Below are positions 32,131-44,800 of a DNA stretch of 64,000 nt, piece after piece. Where the stretch lies: assembly GCA_002104945.1 (NCBI GenBank), contig MCFH01000002.1, positions 1,488,001 to 1,552,000 of the forward strand, written 5' to 3'. The notes below the pieces were generated by a model, which saw only the letters and a list, made by a program, of their open reading frames with translations, searched no databases and was not told where the DNA came from. Within the stretch, counting starts at the first letter, position 1, and the number at the start of each line of letters is the position of its first letter. Source of the DNA: Piromyces finnis finn (lineage: Eukaryota; Fungi; Neocallimastigomycota). A program made the translations under genes and the position numbers.

Positions 32131-33413
32131 GCTTAAATTATATTTTTTAAAATTCTACATAAATATAACAACATAAATATAACATTATTTATTTTATATA
32201 CTTTACTCTTTCAAAAAATTGATATTATTATTTATTTTATTATTAGTTTGTAAAGAAAAGAAAAAATTTTTTTTTTCAAATTTTAGGATATATTTAATAA
32301 TCAGAAAAAAAAAAAAAAAAAAAAAAAATATTTAAAAACGATTGGAAAAAATGTTTCAAAGTGCTTTGTGGCTTATATGAAATTTTAGTTAAATCAAAAA
32401 AAATTTTAAGCTTTTGTATAATAAAACAAATATTAATATTATTGAATGTAAATAATAATGTAACAAAAACAAGCCACGCTTTAAAAACAACTAAATTTTT
32501 TTTAAACTACCAATAGAATTTAATCATTTTTTTAAAATCTTGAAATTTTAAATTTCTGAAAAATAATATATAATATAAACGAAAATTGAATTATTCAATA
32601 TAAATTTAATATATAAAAATTATATAATAGAAGTTATAATAAATTGCTTACAATACTTAAAAACAATAATATGTATTATTTTACCTTTCATCATTATTAT
32701 TGGAAAATATTTAATAACAACTTAAAATAAGTGGGAATTTAATAAATTAAAAAAACTGTGTATAATTAGTTCTTATTCGATAAGAATAATAATAATAATT
32801 ATTTTTTTTTTTAAACAAGGAAAATATTTAAATTATTACTATAATTGGACAAAGTATAAATATTGTATTCCTATAATTTTTTAATGATAAAGATATTAAA
32901 ATATTCAATATTAACAATTATAATTTATTTTTCTTTTCTTTTTTTTTTTTTTTTTTTTTAAAAAATTGTTTTATATGTTTAATGTTTTTTTTTTTTTTTC
33001 TACTTTATGTTATTTCAATTCTTTATACTAAAAACAAAAATTTATAAATTTTTTTTTTACTATTATAAGAAAATAATGTCTATTCTATAATTATTAAAAT
33101 AAATATAAATTTATAAATGCAATTAATATAAAATTCTCAAAGGTTAATATTTTAATATAAAAAAAAATAATAAATAAAAAATATTGACAGATATATTATA
33201 TATTGCTGTTTATTCGTTTTATTTAATTATTCTATTTCTTAAATATTCCATCTCTATCAAAAATAATTTAAATATATATTTATGTATATTATCACTAATG
33301 TTAATGATTAATACTAATAAAAAAACTTCATCTTATATATTTTTAAATTATTATATACTTGCTACTCTATTTATTATAACCGAAGAAATTATTAATTATT
33401 TTAATGTTTATTA

Positions 33414-34609
33414 TTATATTCCTTTAGTATTATTATGCATAAGATATTCCGGAAGTGGAATATCATGATTCATTGATTCTACTTTAGTTTGTAAATATTT
33501 TTCAAGTTCAGTTAATTTTCCATGTTCTTCTGATACTATTTCCGGCTCAATTATAGTGTTCATATCATCTTCTGAACAATTAGAAGTTGAATCTGACGAT
33601 AAATAATGAACATGATTACAATTTCTATGTTTATTTATATTTTCAAAAATTGATGGTATCATTGGTATTCTTTCCACAATATTAACACCTAAAGATGTCA
33701 ATTGTTCAATTTTATCCGGATTATTAGTTAACAAACGTACAGTATCTATTTGTAAATCTTCCAATATTCTTGCTGCAATAGTATAATTTCTTCCATCGAC
33801 TGGTTGATTTAGTTTAATATTTGCTTCAACTGTATCATAACCATTATCTTGCAAATTGTAAGCCCTGTATAAGCGATTATATAATTTAATTTTAAAAATA
33901 AAAAGATTAATAATAAATATTTTATAAACTTTAGTAATAGTATAAGAAAAATACTTACATCATTTTATTTAATAGACCTATATTACGACCTTCTTGCTTT
34001 AAATAAATAACAACTCCATTACCATATTCTTGAATTTTTCTCATTGATCTTTCTAATTGTTCGGCGCAATCACAGCGACTTGAAAATATAGTTTCGCTTG
34101 TAAAACATTCTGAATGTATTCTAACAAGTGGTATTTCTTGATTTATTTCATTTTTTTCGATTTTATTAATAAATTGATTGCCATTTTTATTATTGATTAT
34201 ATCTACATTATAATTAATAAAATTAACAATTAAACGTTTTTATTTATATGTATTATTATTTATATTATTGGATTAAAAATTAATATAATAATGTGATACA
34301 TTAATTATATTTTTATATATAATATATACCTTTTTCTATAGATTTTAAAGGTAATTTAACATTTGGTTTAATTGTAGCACCTCTTATCATTCTTTTTTCA
34401 TCTGTATCATTTTCTCTTATTTCATTCAAACTTCTACTATATATATGTGAACCTGCTACTATAGCTAAATGCTTTTTATTATTTAAATTATTGGTATAGA
34501 GATGAACATAAAATTCACCTTTGTCAGCTGTTGGTATTCTGCAACGAACTTCACAACGAATTTTTAAATTCTTTTCAATATTATTAGATTCAATAACTTG
34601 CGGAGACAT
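33414..34609 (-). CDS. RIB1: GTP cyclohydrolase II (riboflavin biosynthesis), 3 exons
   Basis: [24 protein letters not shown] (Zn cysteines), [27 protein letters not shown] and RLLTNNPDK. First in-frame ATG is at 34609 (MSPQV). Confidence 0.95.
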
Positions 34610-35351
34610 TTTATTTTCAATTGATTTATGATTATTTTTATTTATTATCACTACTTTCTTTTTGTTCTTTAAATTGCTATTTATTTATTTATTTATTATT
34701 ATTATTATTATAAAATTTGGAACAATTTATAATAATTTGAATTTAGGATTTTTAATTCTATTCTTAATTTTTGATATTTTATTTTTAAAAAGATTAAAAT
34801 TTTATGATTTATTTTATTGATTTACTTTTAAGAATATATTTCTATATATTTATATTTAAAAAATATCGTTAGTATTAATTATGATAATTATCGGTTCCTT
34901 TATTAATATTTTAATTATTAACTATTTTTAAATTAATTCTATGTACCATTAATATTATTATTTTTAAAAAACTATTTGAACTTTTTATTTAAAAGTACTT
35001 TTAAAACTTTTAGTAAAAATAATTCGTATTATATAAAATTTAATTTATTATAGTAAAAAAAAAAAAAAAAATTGATTTAAAGTATATTAAATTACATCCT
35101 ATTATTTATATTACAATATAATAATATATGCTTTTGATATATTATATTTACATATAATATATATATTTATATTAATAATATATTATAAATGGAATTATTA
35201 TTAAGAAATTTAATATATATATTATTAAATAAAAATCTAATCAATTAATTTTGAATAAATTGAATAGTATAATTTAGTAAAACTTTTTTAATTTATTTGT
35301 TTTTTTCATAATAGATTATTTACTCAAATAATATATTATTTAAAGTTTGGA

Positions 35352-35385
<34 letters not shown>

Positions 35386-36265
35386 CAATTATAAAACCTT
35401 TTTAAGAGGATCGGATTGATTTTCCTTAAGAATATAATTTTTTGGGTAAGTATTAATAATAATTAATAGTAATAGTAATAGTAATAGTAATAATGCTATA
35501 TGGGTTTTTTCTTTTTATATTAAAAAGCTTATTTAATTTTAGTAATTTTTTCTCAAACAAACAATAGAAGAAGTATACAGAAATATTTTTGATTATTTAT
35601 TCAATTCTTTTTTTATTTTATAATAAAGAAAATTTTGAAGATTAATAATATAAAAATAATATAATAAAAAATAACAAAAAATAAATTTATATTTTTGAAT
35701 TGTTAAGTATGTTATCAATAATAAAATAAAATAAAATATGAAAAAAAAAAAAAATATTTTAAAGTTTAATGTATTAAATATAAAATAAATATTATCAATT
35801 TAATACATAAAAATATTTTGAATATATAACCAAACAAATTTCAAAATTTGAAATAGGTAATAATTAATTAAAAATTAATTAAAAGAATGAATTAAAAAAA
35901 CATAAATTTAAGTTTAATAGCATAGTTACTAATTAATTGTAAAGAATAAAATTTTACTTTATTGTTCATTTTTTTTTATTTTATTATTTCTTTAAACTTA
36001 GTTTAAATATTTAGGGTAAAAATTTAAGCAATTAATTAGATATATATAAATATATATAAATAATAAAATTAAATAAAAATAAATAAGAATAAAATATATA
36101 TTATTGATAATATTTGAAATATCATATATATACTATGTATGTATATTAATAGTATTTTTTTTTTTTTTTTTTTTTTTTAGTTTTTCCTTTAGATTAATTG
36201 CGCTGGAATACGATTTTAACTTATTAAAGATGCATAAATATATAAAGAAAAAAAAAACCCCTTTT

Positions 36266-37789
36266 CTAATTTATAGCATCCTTTAAAATCTTTTCAATTT
36301 CATCATAATCATCAGTTGGTACACGAATAATGTCTTTTCCAAAGTATTTTTCGATAGCCTTCATTTCTTTGAAGCTTTTTTCATCATGAACAAAGTTAAT
36401 GGAAACACCTGTTCTACCAAATCTACCTGTACGACCAATACGGTGAAGGTAGGTTTCTGGATCTGGTCTACCTCTTCCATCTAATGGAAGATCATAATTA
36501 ATAACTAAATTAACTTGTAAAACATCTATACCACGTGCAAGAACGTTTGTGGTTATAAGGACCTTAGCCTTACCAGATCTAAAGTCATCCATAACCTTAT
36601 CACGATCTTCGGCTTCGAATTGACCATGGAGAACAATAACTTTGTGACCTTCATTTGTCATTTTTCTACCTAACATATCAGCAACATCACGACGACTAAC
36701 GAAAATAATACTTTGACCGATAGTTAATAAACCATAAATTGCACTAAGAATTTCAAACTTTTGTTCTTCACTCTTACAATCCATATAGAATTGCTTAATA
36801 CCTTCAACTGATAATTCTTCAGTTTTTAAGGAAATTTGATTTGCATTTGGAGCAAAGCGAAGAGCGAATTTCCATAAATCTTGTGAGAATGTAGCAGAAA
36901 AAAGAGCAATTTGACAAGTAGCTGGAACCATTCTATATTTTATTTTATTATTGTACATATAATATATTAGTATTATAATTTAATTTAAAAACTTAATTAT
37001 TGAGAAATCAATCACAATTTTTAAAACTAAAATTAAATAATATATCACTTTTTTTTTTAATTATCCTATTTATCATCTATAATTTAATATTATTTTCAAT
37101 AAATCTTACTTTCTTATACGAATACTTTGATCACCCAAACCTTGTAAATCTAACATATTATCAGCTTCATCCAAAACGAAGAATCTAACATTTGCAGTTG
37201 AAAGTCTACGTTTTCTGATTAAATCCATTATAGTACCTGGTGTACCAATAATTATGTGTGCTTCAACTTTTCCACCTTTTGGGAGTGAATCTTTAACAGC
37301 TAGTTGAATTGAGGCTGGATAATCTTGACCAAGTGATTGTACAACAGTTAAAATTTGACGGGCTAATTCACGAGCTGGTGCTAAAACAATAGCTTGTGGA
37401 GCTTTTAAATCGACATTTATTCTACTAAGCATAGCAAGAGTAAAAGCAGCAGTTTTACCAGTACCAGATTGAGATTGTCCAATAAGATTAGTTGGTGGAT
37501 CATGTAATAATAATGGAATAGCTTTTTCTTGAATTTTTGAAGGCTTTACAAAACCAACTCTATAAATATTTTCTAATAATTTTTGGTGTAATTTCATATC
37601 TTCAAAAGTAGAAACACCAACATATAATGGATCAGTTAAATCTTTAACATTACTAGCAGCTAATTTTACTTCAACAACAGCTTCACCAGCATCTTTTGGA
37701 ACAGCTTTAAGTTCTGTTGGAATTTGTTCAGTGGAGAGATTCTTAATACCTTCTTCAATATTCTTAACACCTAAGTTTATTATTAATAG

Positions 37790-37823
<34 letters not shown>

Positions 37824-38736
37824 GATAAATACTCATGTTAATTTCCATTAACTTTATGTATATATATATGTAAATTTAAAGGATAGTATATTCCTCCTTT
37901 CTATATATATATTAATTTCATGTTATTTCCTATGAAATAAAAATCTTTAAATTAATTATTAATAATTACAAATATACAAATATAAATATTGGAAAATTTA
38001 GATTTTGTCTAGTTATTCAATTTTTATATTTAAAGTAACAAATATTCATTTTCTTTTCTTTTTCTTTCTTTCTTTCTTTTTTTTTTTATTAATATTGTAC
38101 TGATTATATTTTCATAAAATTAAATTATTATTCAATTTTTATATTTAAAGTAACAAATATTCATTTTCTTTTCTTTTTCTTTCTTTCTTTCTTTTTTTTT
38201 TATTAATATTGTACTGATTATATTTTCATAAAATTAAATTATTAATAATTACTAATATAAATATTGGAAATTTTAGATTTTGTTCAGTTAATTAATTATT
38301 ATGTTTAAAATAGTAATTATTCATTTTCTTTTTCCTTTTATTAATAATTGTACTGATTATATTTTCATATAATTAAAAATTATTCATGACATTATTTATT
38401 ATTTATATTCATCTTGATTTATATTTCCCGATTTTAATAGAATAGAAAAAAAAACTAATATCTATTATTTAATTATTGAATTTGTAATTTTTTAATAATT
38501 TAGATTATCATATATTTACAGTCACTTTAAATAGTAACTTATATATATATATGGATATATGTATATATTGTACTGAAACCTTTTCACAATAATAAAGTAA
38601 TCAAAATTTTGAAGGATTTAGAAAAAAGGTGATAAATCCATTTTAAATTTAGATAATAACATCTTTATTATTAATAACAATAATTTATTTTGATTAATAA
38701 AACTATGGCTATTTATATACCTTCTTGTTCACTCAT
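36266..38736 (-). CDS. DBP5: DEAD-box mRNA export helicase Dbp5
   Basis: QSQSGTGKTAAF, GTPGT, DEADNML, FSATF, TNVLARGID and YLHRIGRTGRFGR. A 16-nt first exon (MSEQE-G, 38736-38721) splices in frame over an intron of about 950 nt to 37770. Confidence 0.95.
37985..38380. repeat. About 115-bp tandem duplication plus a diverged third copy in DBP5 intron 1
   Basis: ttattcaatttttatatttaaagtaacaaatattc...gtactgattatattttcata occurs at 38013 and 38128; a diverged copy lies at about 38260-38375. Confidence 0.9.
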
Positions 38737-39243
38737 TTTTTTTTTTTTTTTTTTTTTTTACTAATAATTATATTTTCTTTATAAAAAAATCAATGGATTA
38801 TTATAAATAAAAATAAAATTATGAAGTATTTATAATTGTAAATTTTTATCCAATTTTATTTTTTTTTTCTAGTTAATAATTTACATTAATTTATACATTG
38901 TAATATAATAAAAAAATGTATTACAAAATAAATTTTGGTTGAATGGATAAAAAAAAATTGGTTTAAAAAAAATCTTTTTTTTTTTTTTTTAAAACTTTAC
39001 AAATTTTTGGTTAAGTACAATAATATAATAATAAAATAGGTAATATAGATTATTATATAGGATTTTTAAATATTAAGGAACTTAAATTGAAGAAGTAACT
39101 TAAAATACGAAAAATAATTTGAACATATAAAATAAATAAACTACATTTTTAATTAAATAATAATTAAAAAAAAAAAAGAGCATTAGATATTAATTTTATT
39201 TTTATCTTTTTTTTTTTATTTAAAAAAAAATTAAGAAATAAAA

Positions 39244-39497
39244 ATGTTTTTCCAACAAGCCCCACCAAAGATACCATTTGAAGAAGCTAAATTAAGAAGA
39301 GAAGAAGTTAAGGCTAATTTTAAAACATTTTTGAAAATTTGTGCTGCAATGATTGCTGGTAAATTTTTAATTTTTATATGAATTATCAATAATACTTAAA
39401 CGTCATACTTAATGTCTATTTGTATATGTATTTTAAATATAATAATTAAAATGAAGCTCCAATTATTCTTAAAGGTTTAGAAGATCATTTTAATTAA
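39244..39497 (+). CDS. TOM5: Tom5-like small subunit of the outer-membrane translocase (51 aa), 2 exons (39244-39358, 39457-39497)
   Basis: Spliced translation MFFQQAPPKIPFEEAKLRREEVKANFKTFLKICAAMIAAPIILKGLEDHFN*. The MF start, acidic EE patch, single C-terminal TM with Pro40 and the length all match fungal Tom5 as recalled (yeast about 50 aa, Pro in the TM). Confidence 0.75.
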
Positions 39498-41430
39498 TTT
39501 AATTAAAATAAATATGTATAGAATGAAAAATTACAAAGAAATAATAAACAACTATACCTATTATTAAAATGGATATATTAAATTATGTATAATTAATATA
39601 TCTTTTTTAATTTCATTGATATAATAATAGAAAATATAATATATATAATACATGCAATTTATGTATTATAAACTTAAAAAAAAGAGGTACTTTTTTAAAA
39701 TTGACAATTTTTTATAAAATAACAGCCATACATTTATGTAAAGTTTTAAATAAATAAAACGAATTCAAAAAATAATGTTTAATTTATATTAGAAATTAGA
39801 ATTAATCCATAAAAGGATAGTATACAATTAATAAAAGTATTAATAAAATTCAAAAATAATTTTATAAATGAGAATTGTATTATAAAAAAAATAATTTAAC
39901 ATAATAATTATGGAATTATGTAATAATTAATTGTATAACTAGCATTCTTCAATATAATTCAAAAATTAAAATACCTTTTTATTTAAATATCAATTTTATT
40001 ATTTTTATATGTTTTTATTTATATAATCTATATGAATGAATAAAAAAAAAGAAAACTATAAATTCAAACAGACTTTAAAAAATTACAAAAGTATCTTTTA
40101 TATATATAATTGTTATATAATTGTATTATTAATTATATACAATTATTTAATTTTTTTAAAGGAACAAAAAATATAATTAATATACGAAAAAAAATTGTAC
40201 AAAAAAAGATTTATAGAAAATAATTTATAAATAAAAACTACAAACAATACAAACTTTAATTACAATAATTTTTATTATTATATTTTTATTTTTACCTATT
40301 TTTTTTATAATTAAATGAAAGTAGAATAAAATAAAATGTTTAATTCTCATTTTGTCCTTTATTTTTTAATATTGTTATATTATATACTTTTTAAAATCAT
40401 AATTAAATATTTTTTAACTTTTTTTTTAACAAAACCCTATTATAATAAAATTATAAAATCTTTTTATAAATATTTTAATGGAACCTGTATTGATATAATT
40501 ATAATTGTTAATAAGAATGCTTTTAATATTATTTAACAATTTTAAATATTTCAAAAACACAATTTTATTAAATAAAATATTATAATTACATATTATTATA
40601 TGTTATATATAATTTTTTTTGAAAAGTAAAATTTTCGTATAATTGATTTACATTTAATATAGACCAATCATAAACTTTAATAATATATGTTTAACAGAAA
40701 AAATAATGATTGGTTTATCAATTTAAACGTTCCAATAGAAAAATAATTAAAATCATATATTATCAATATATTATTAATATATCTATTGATTTTCTTTTTT
40801 ATAGATATATAGAGAATTAAATTTTTTTGATCCATGTACATATATTAATATATTAATATTTTAATTAAACATTATATTATAATATAATTAATATATAAAT
40901 TTTTAAAATTTTATTTTTTTTTCATTGTAAATATTGTAATACATTACTTATATATTAACAAGGAATGTAATCTATTTAAGTATATTACATTATATATTAT
41001 AATATACTAGTATAATATAATAAATTTTTAATAAATAAAATTTAAAAAAAAAAAAAAATTTATAAGTAAAAAGAAAATTTCAAATTTTTTTTTTAAAAGT
41101 TAAGTTTAAAAGAAGTTTAAGAAAGAAAAGAAGTAAAAAAAAAAAATAAAAAGAAAAAGTTCTTTAAACAAATTTAAATAAAAAACATTATATAAGCAAA
41201 ATATTAATACATATTTTTATTTTGAATATATCAGTTTTTTTTTATTTAAAATTTTATTAGCTTTTTTTCTTTTTTTTACCGAAATTATAAATTTCAATTT
41301 TAATATTTAAACTAATCTTTTAGATATATATAAAAAAATACTTAATTTATTATAGAAACACGTAATAATTTTAGTAGAAATTAATATTTATTTATTTATT
41401 TATTATAATATATAAATTTAAAGAAAAAAG

Positions 41431-41720
41431 GTAAAGGTTAAATAAAATTAATAAATTAAAAAATATAAGAAAATACAACAATTAAAATTGAAGCAAAAAT
41501 AAAATAGCAATAATAGTAAATTAATTAATATAACATTTATTAAATTATTTATAAAGAAATTTGATTGTTATTTTATTTCATTTATGATTACTATTATTAG
41601 ATATAGAAAGAAAAATAATATAATAATATAGTTTATTAACTATTAAAAAAAAAAAAAATTAAAATAATTTTTACTAACTGTTCTTTTTGTTTTATATAAT
41701 ATAATAATAAAATTTAAAAG
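41431..41720 (+). other. Probable 5'-UTR intron of CPA2
   Basis: gtaaag donor at 41431, perfect TACTAAC branch point at 41672-78, and AG acceptors at 41720 or 41725, about 115 nt upstream of the ATG. Confidence 0.45.
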
Positions 41721-41837
41721 TATAGTTTTCATCTTTAATATTTATTTATTAAATTTAAATTCAAAAGAAAAAATAATTTATTTTTAAAATAATAAAAAAA
41801 AGTGGTTTTAAATCTTAAAAGAAAAATATAAGTAAAA

Positions 41838-44800
41838 ATGCAATCTTTACTTACTAGAAATATTACAGCACCAAGTGCTTTAAAAAATTCATTATCTTTA
41901 TTTTCAAAACAATCTTTACTTAATGTTAAAAATTCAATAATTCAAAAAAATTCACTCAGTTTAAAAACAAATACTGTTCCATTAAATCAAAAAACTCTCT
42001 CTTCATATAAACCAAATGAAAAGAGAAATTATGCTTCATTTTCTAAAAATGTACCAAAGCCACAAAAGAAGACTTCAAAGCAACCACCATTAAAGAAAGT
42101 TTTAATTGTTGGTTCTGGTGGTCTTTCTATTGGACAAGCCGGTGAATTTGATTATTCTGGTTCCCAAGCAATTAAAGCTTTAAAAGAAGAAAATATCAAA
42201 ACTGTTCTTGTTAATCCAAATATTGCCACAATCCAAACTGGTAAAGGTTTAGCCGATACCGTTTATTTCTTACCAATTAATCCAGAATATTTAGAATACA
42301 TCATTCAAAAGGAACGTCCAGATGGTATTCTTTTAACCTTTGGTGGTCAATCTGCTCTTAATTGTGGTATTCAATTAGATGAAAAGGGTGTTTTAAAGAA
42401 GTACAATGTTAGAATTTTAGGTACCCCAATTCATACATTACAATTATCTGAAGATCGTGATTTATTTGCCAATGCTTTAAGAGAAATTGGTATTCCAGTT
42501 GCTACTTCTACTGCTGTAGAAACTGTTGAAGATGCCGTTAGTGCTGCTAAAAAAATTGGTTTCCCAGTAATTGTCCGTTCTGCTTATGCTCTTGGTGGTT
42601 TAGGTTCTGGTTTTGCTAACAATGAAGCAGAATTACGTCATTTATCCACAAAGTCTTTATCTCTTGCTCCACAAATTTTAGTTGAAAAATCAATGAAGGG
42701 TTGGAAGGAAGTTGAATATGAAGTTGTTAGAGATGCCGAAAACAACTGTATCACTGTTTGTAACATGGAAAACTTTGATCCACTTGGTGTTCATACTGGT
42801 GATAGTATAGTTGTTGCCCCAAGTCAAACTTTAACTGATGAAGAATATCACATGTTAAGATCTGCTGCTATTAAAATTATTAGACATTTAGGTGTTGTTG
42901 GTGAATGTAACGTTCAATACGCTTTAAACCCAGAAAGTCTTGAATATGCTGTTATTGAAGTTAATGCAAGACTTTCTCGTAGTTCTGCTCTTGCATCCAA
43001 GGCTACTGGTTATCCACTTGCTTTTGTCGCCGCCAAGATTGCTCTTGGTCATACTCTTCCAGAATTAAAGAATAGTGTAACTAAGACTACTACTGCTTGT
43101 TTTGAACCATCTCTTGATTACATTGTCACCAAGATTCCACGTTGGGATCTTTCAAAATTCCACAATGTAAGTCGTGATATTGGTAGTTGTATGAAGAGTG
43201 TCGGTGAAGTTATGGCTATTGGTAGAACTTTTGAAGAATCATTACAAAAAGCTGTACGTCAAGTTGACCCAGCTTTTGGTGGTTATGAGCCAATGGCTAT
43301 GGATAATCTTGATGATGTTTTAATGGATCCAACTGATAGTAGATTATTTGCTGTTGCTGAAGCTATGTTCAATCAAAATTATAGTATTGATAAAATTCAT
43401 GATTTAACTAAGATTGATAAGTGGTTCCTTTACAAATTAGAAAATATTATGGAAATTCAAAAAGAATTAACAAAGTACAATGGTCCAATGAATGTTGAAG
43501 AAAAAATTAGTGTTCCAGAAGATGTCCACATTCCACCAACTGTTTTAACTGATTACAAATTAGAAACTTCTACTATTCCAGTTGAATTATTAGAAAGAGC
43601 CAAAAAGGCTGGTTTTTCTGATGATCAAATTGCTAAAGCTACTAATTCTACTGAATTAGCTATTCGTGAATTAAGAAAGTTCCATAACATTACTCCATTT
43701 GTTAAAAGAATTGATACTTTAGCTGCTGAATTCCCAGCTGCTACTAATTACTTGTATACTACATATAATGCTTCTTCTGACGATTTAACATTTGATGATC
43801 ACGGTATTATGGTTTTAGGTTCTGGTGTTTACCGTATTGGTTCTTCTGTTGAATTCGATTGGTGTGGTGTCAGTTGCAGTCGTGCATTACGTGATTTAGG
43901 TTACAAGACTATTATGATTAACTACAACCCAGAAACTGTTTCTACTGATTTTGATGAATGTGATCGTTTATACTTTGAAGAATTAAACTTTGAACGTGTA
44001 ATGGATATTTATGAAAAAGAACAATCAAGAGGTATTGTTGTTAGTGTTGGTGGTCAACTTCCACAAAATATTGCATTAAAGATGTGGAACCGTGGAGTTC
44101 GTGTTCTTGGTACTAGCCCAGTCAATCTTGATCGTGCTGAAGATCGTGAAAAGTTCTCTAAAGCTATGGATACAATTGGTATTGATCAACCAGCATGGAG
44201 AGAATTAAAGAGCACTGCTGAAGCTCACGAATTTGCTGATACTGTTGGTTATCCAGTACTTGTAAGACCATCTTATGTTCTTTCTGGTGCTGCTATGAAT
44301 GTTGCTTACAATAAGAAGGATCTTGATGACTATCTTTCTCTTGCTTCCACTATTTCTAATGAACACCCAGTTGTTATGTCTAAGTTTATTCAAAATGCTC
44401 AAGAAATTGATGTTGATGCTGTTGCTAATAATGGAGAATTATGTGTATATGCTGTTAGTCAACATATTGAAAATGCTGGTGTCCATTCTGGTGATGCTAG
44501 TATGGTTCTTCCACCAGAAATTGTTTCTGAAGAAGAATACAATAATGCTAAACATAATAAACTTGGTATGAAGCCATTAACTGAAAGAATTGTTAAAGAC
44601 TGTAGAGCTTTAGCCGTAAAGGTTGCTAAGGAATTCCAAATTTCTGGTCCATTCAACATGCAATTAATTAAACGTGATTTAGAAGAAGATGGTAAATATG
44701 AACTTAAGGTTATTGAATGTAATCTTCGTTCCTCTCGTTCCTTCCCATTCGTTTCTAAAGTTTTAGATACTAACTTCATTGACATTGCCACTCGTGTTTT

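Noticed and set aside
32365-32482. gtggctt/aagccac inverted pair upstream of PRS1
   Set aside because: Only 7 bp and about 100 nt apart, which is compatible with chance.
41300-41837. Arginine attenuator peptide uORF upstream of the CPS gene
   Set aside because: No suitable ATG-initiated uORF was found; the AAP is known from the small-subunit gene (CPA1/arg-2), not CPA2.
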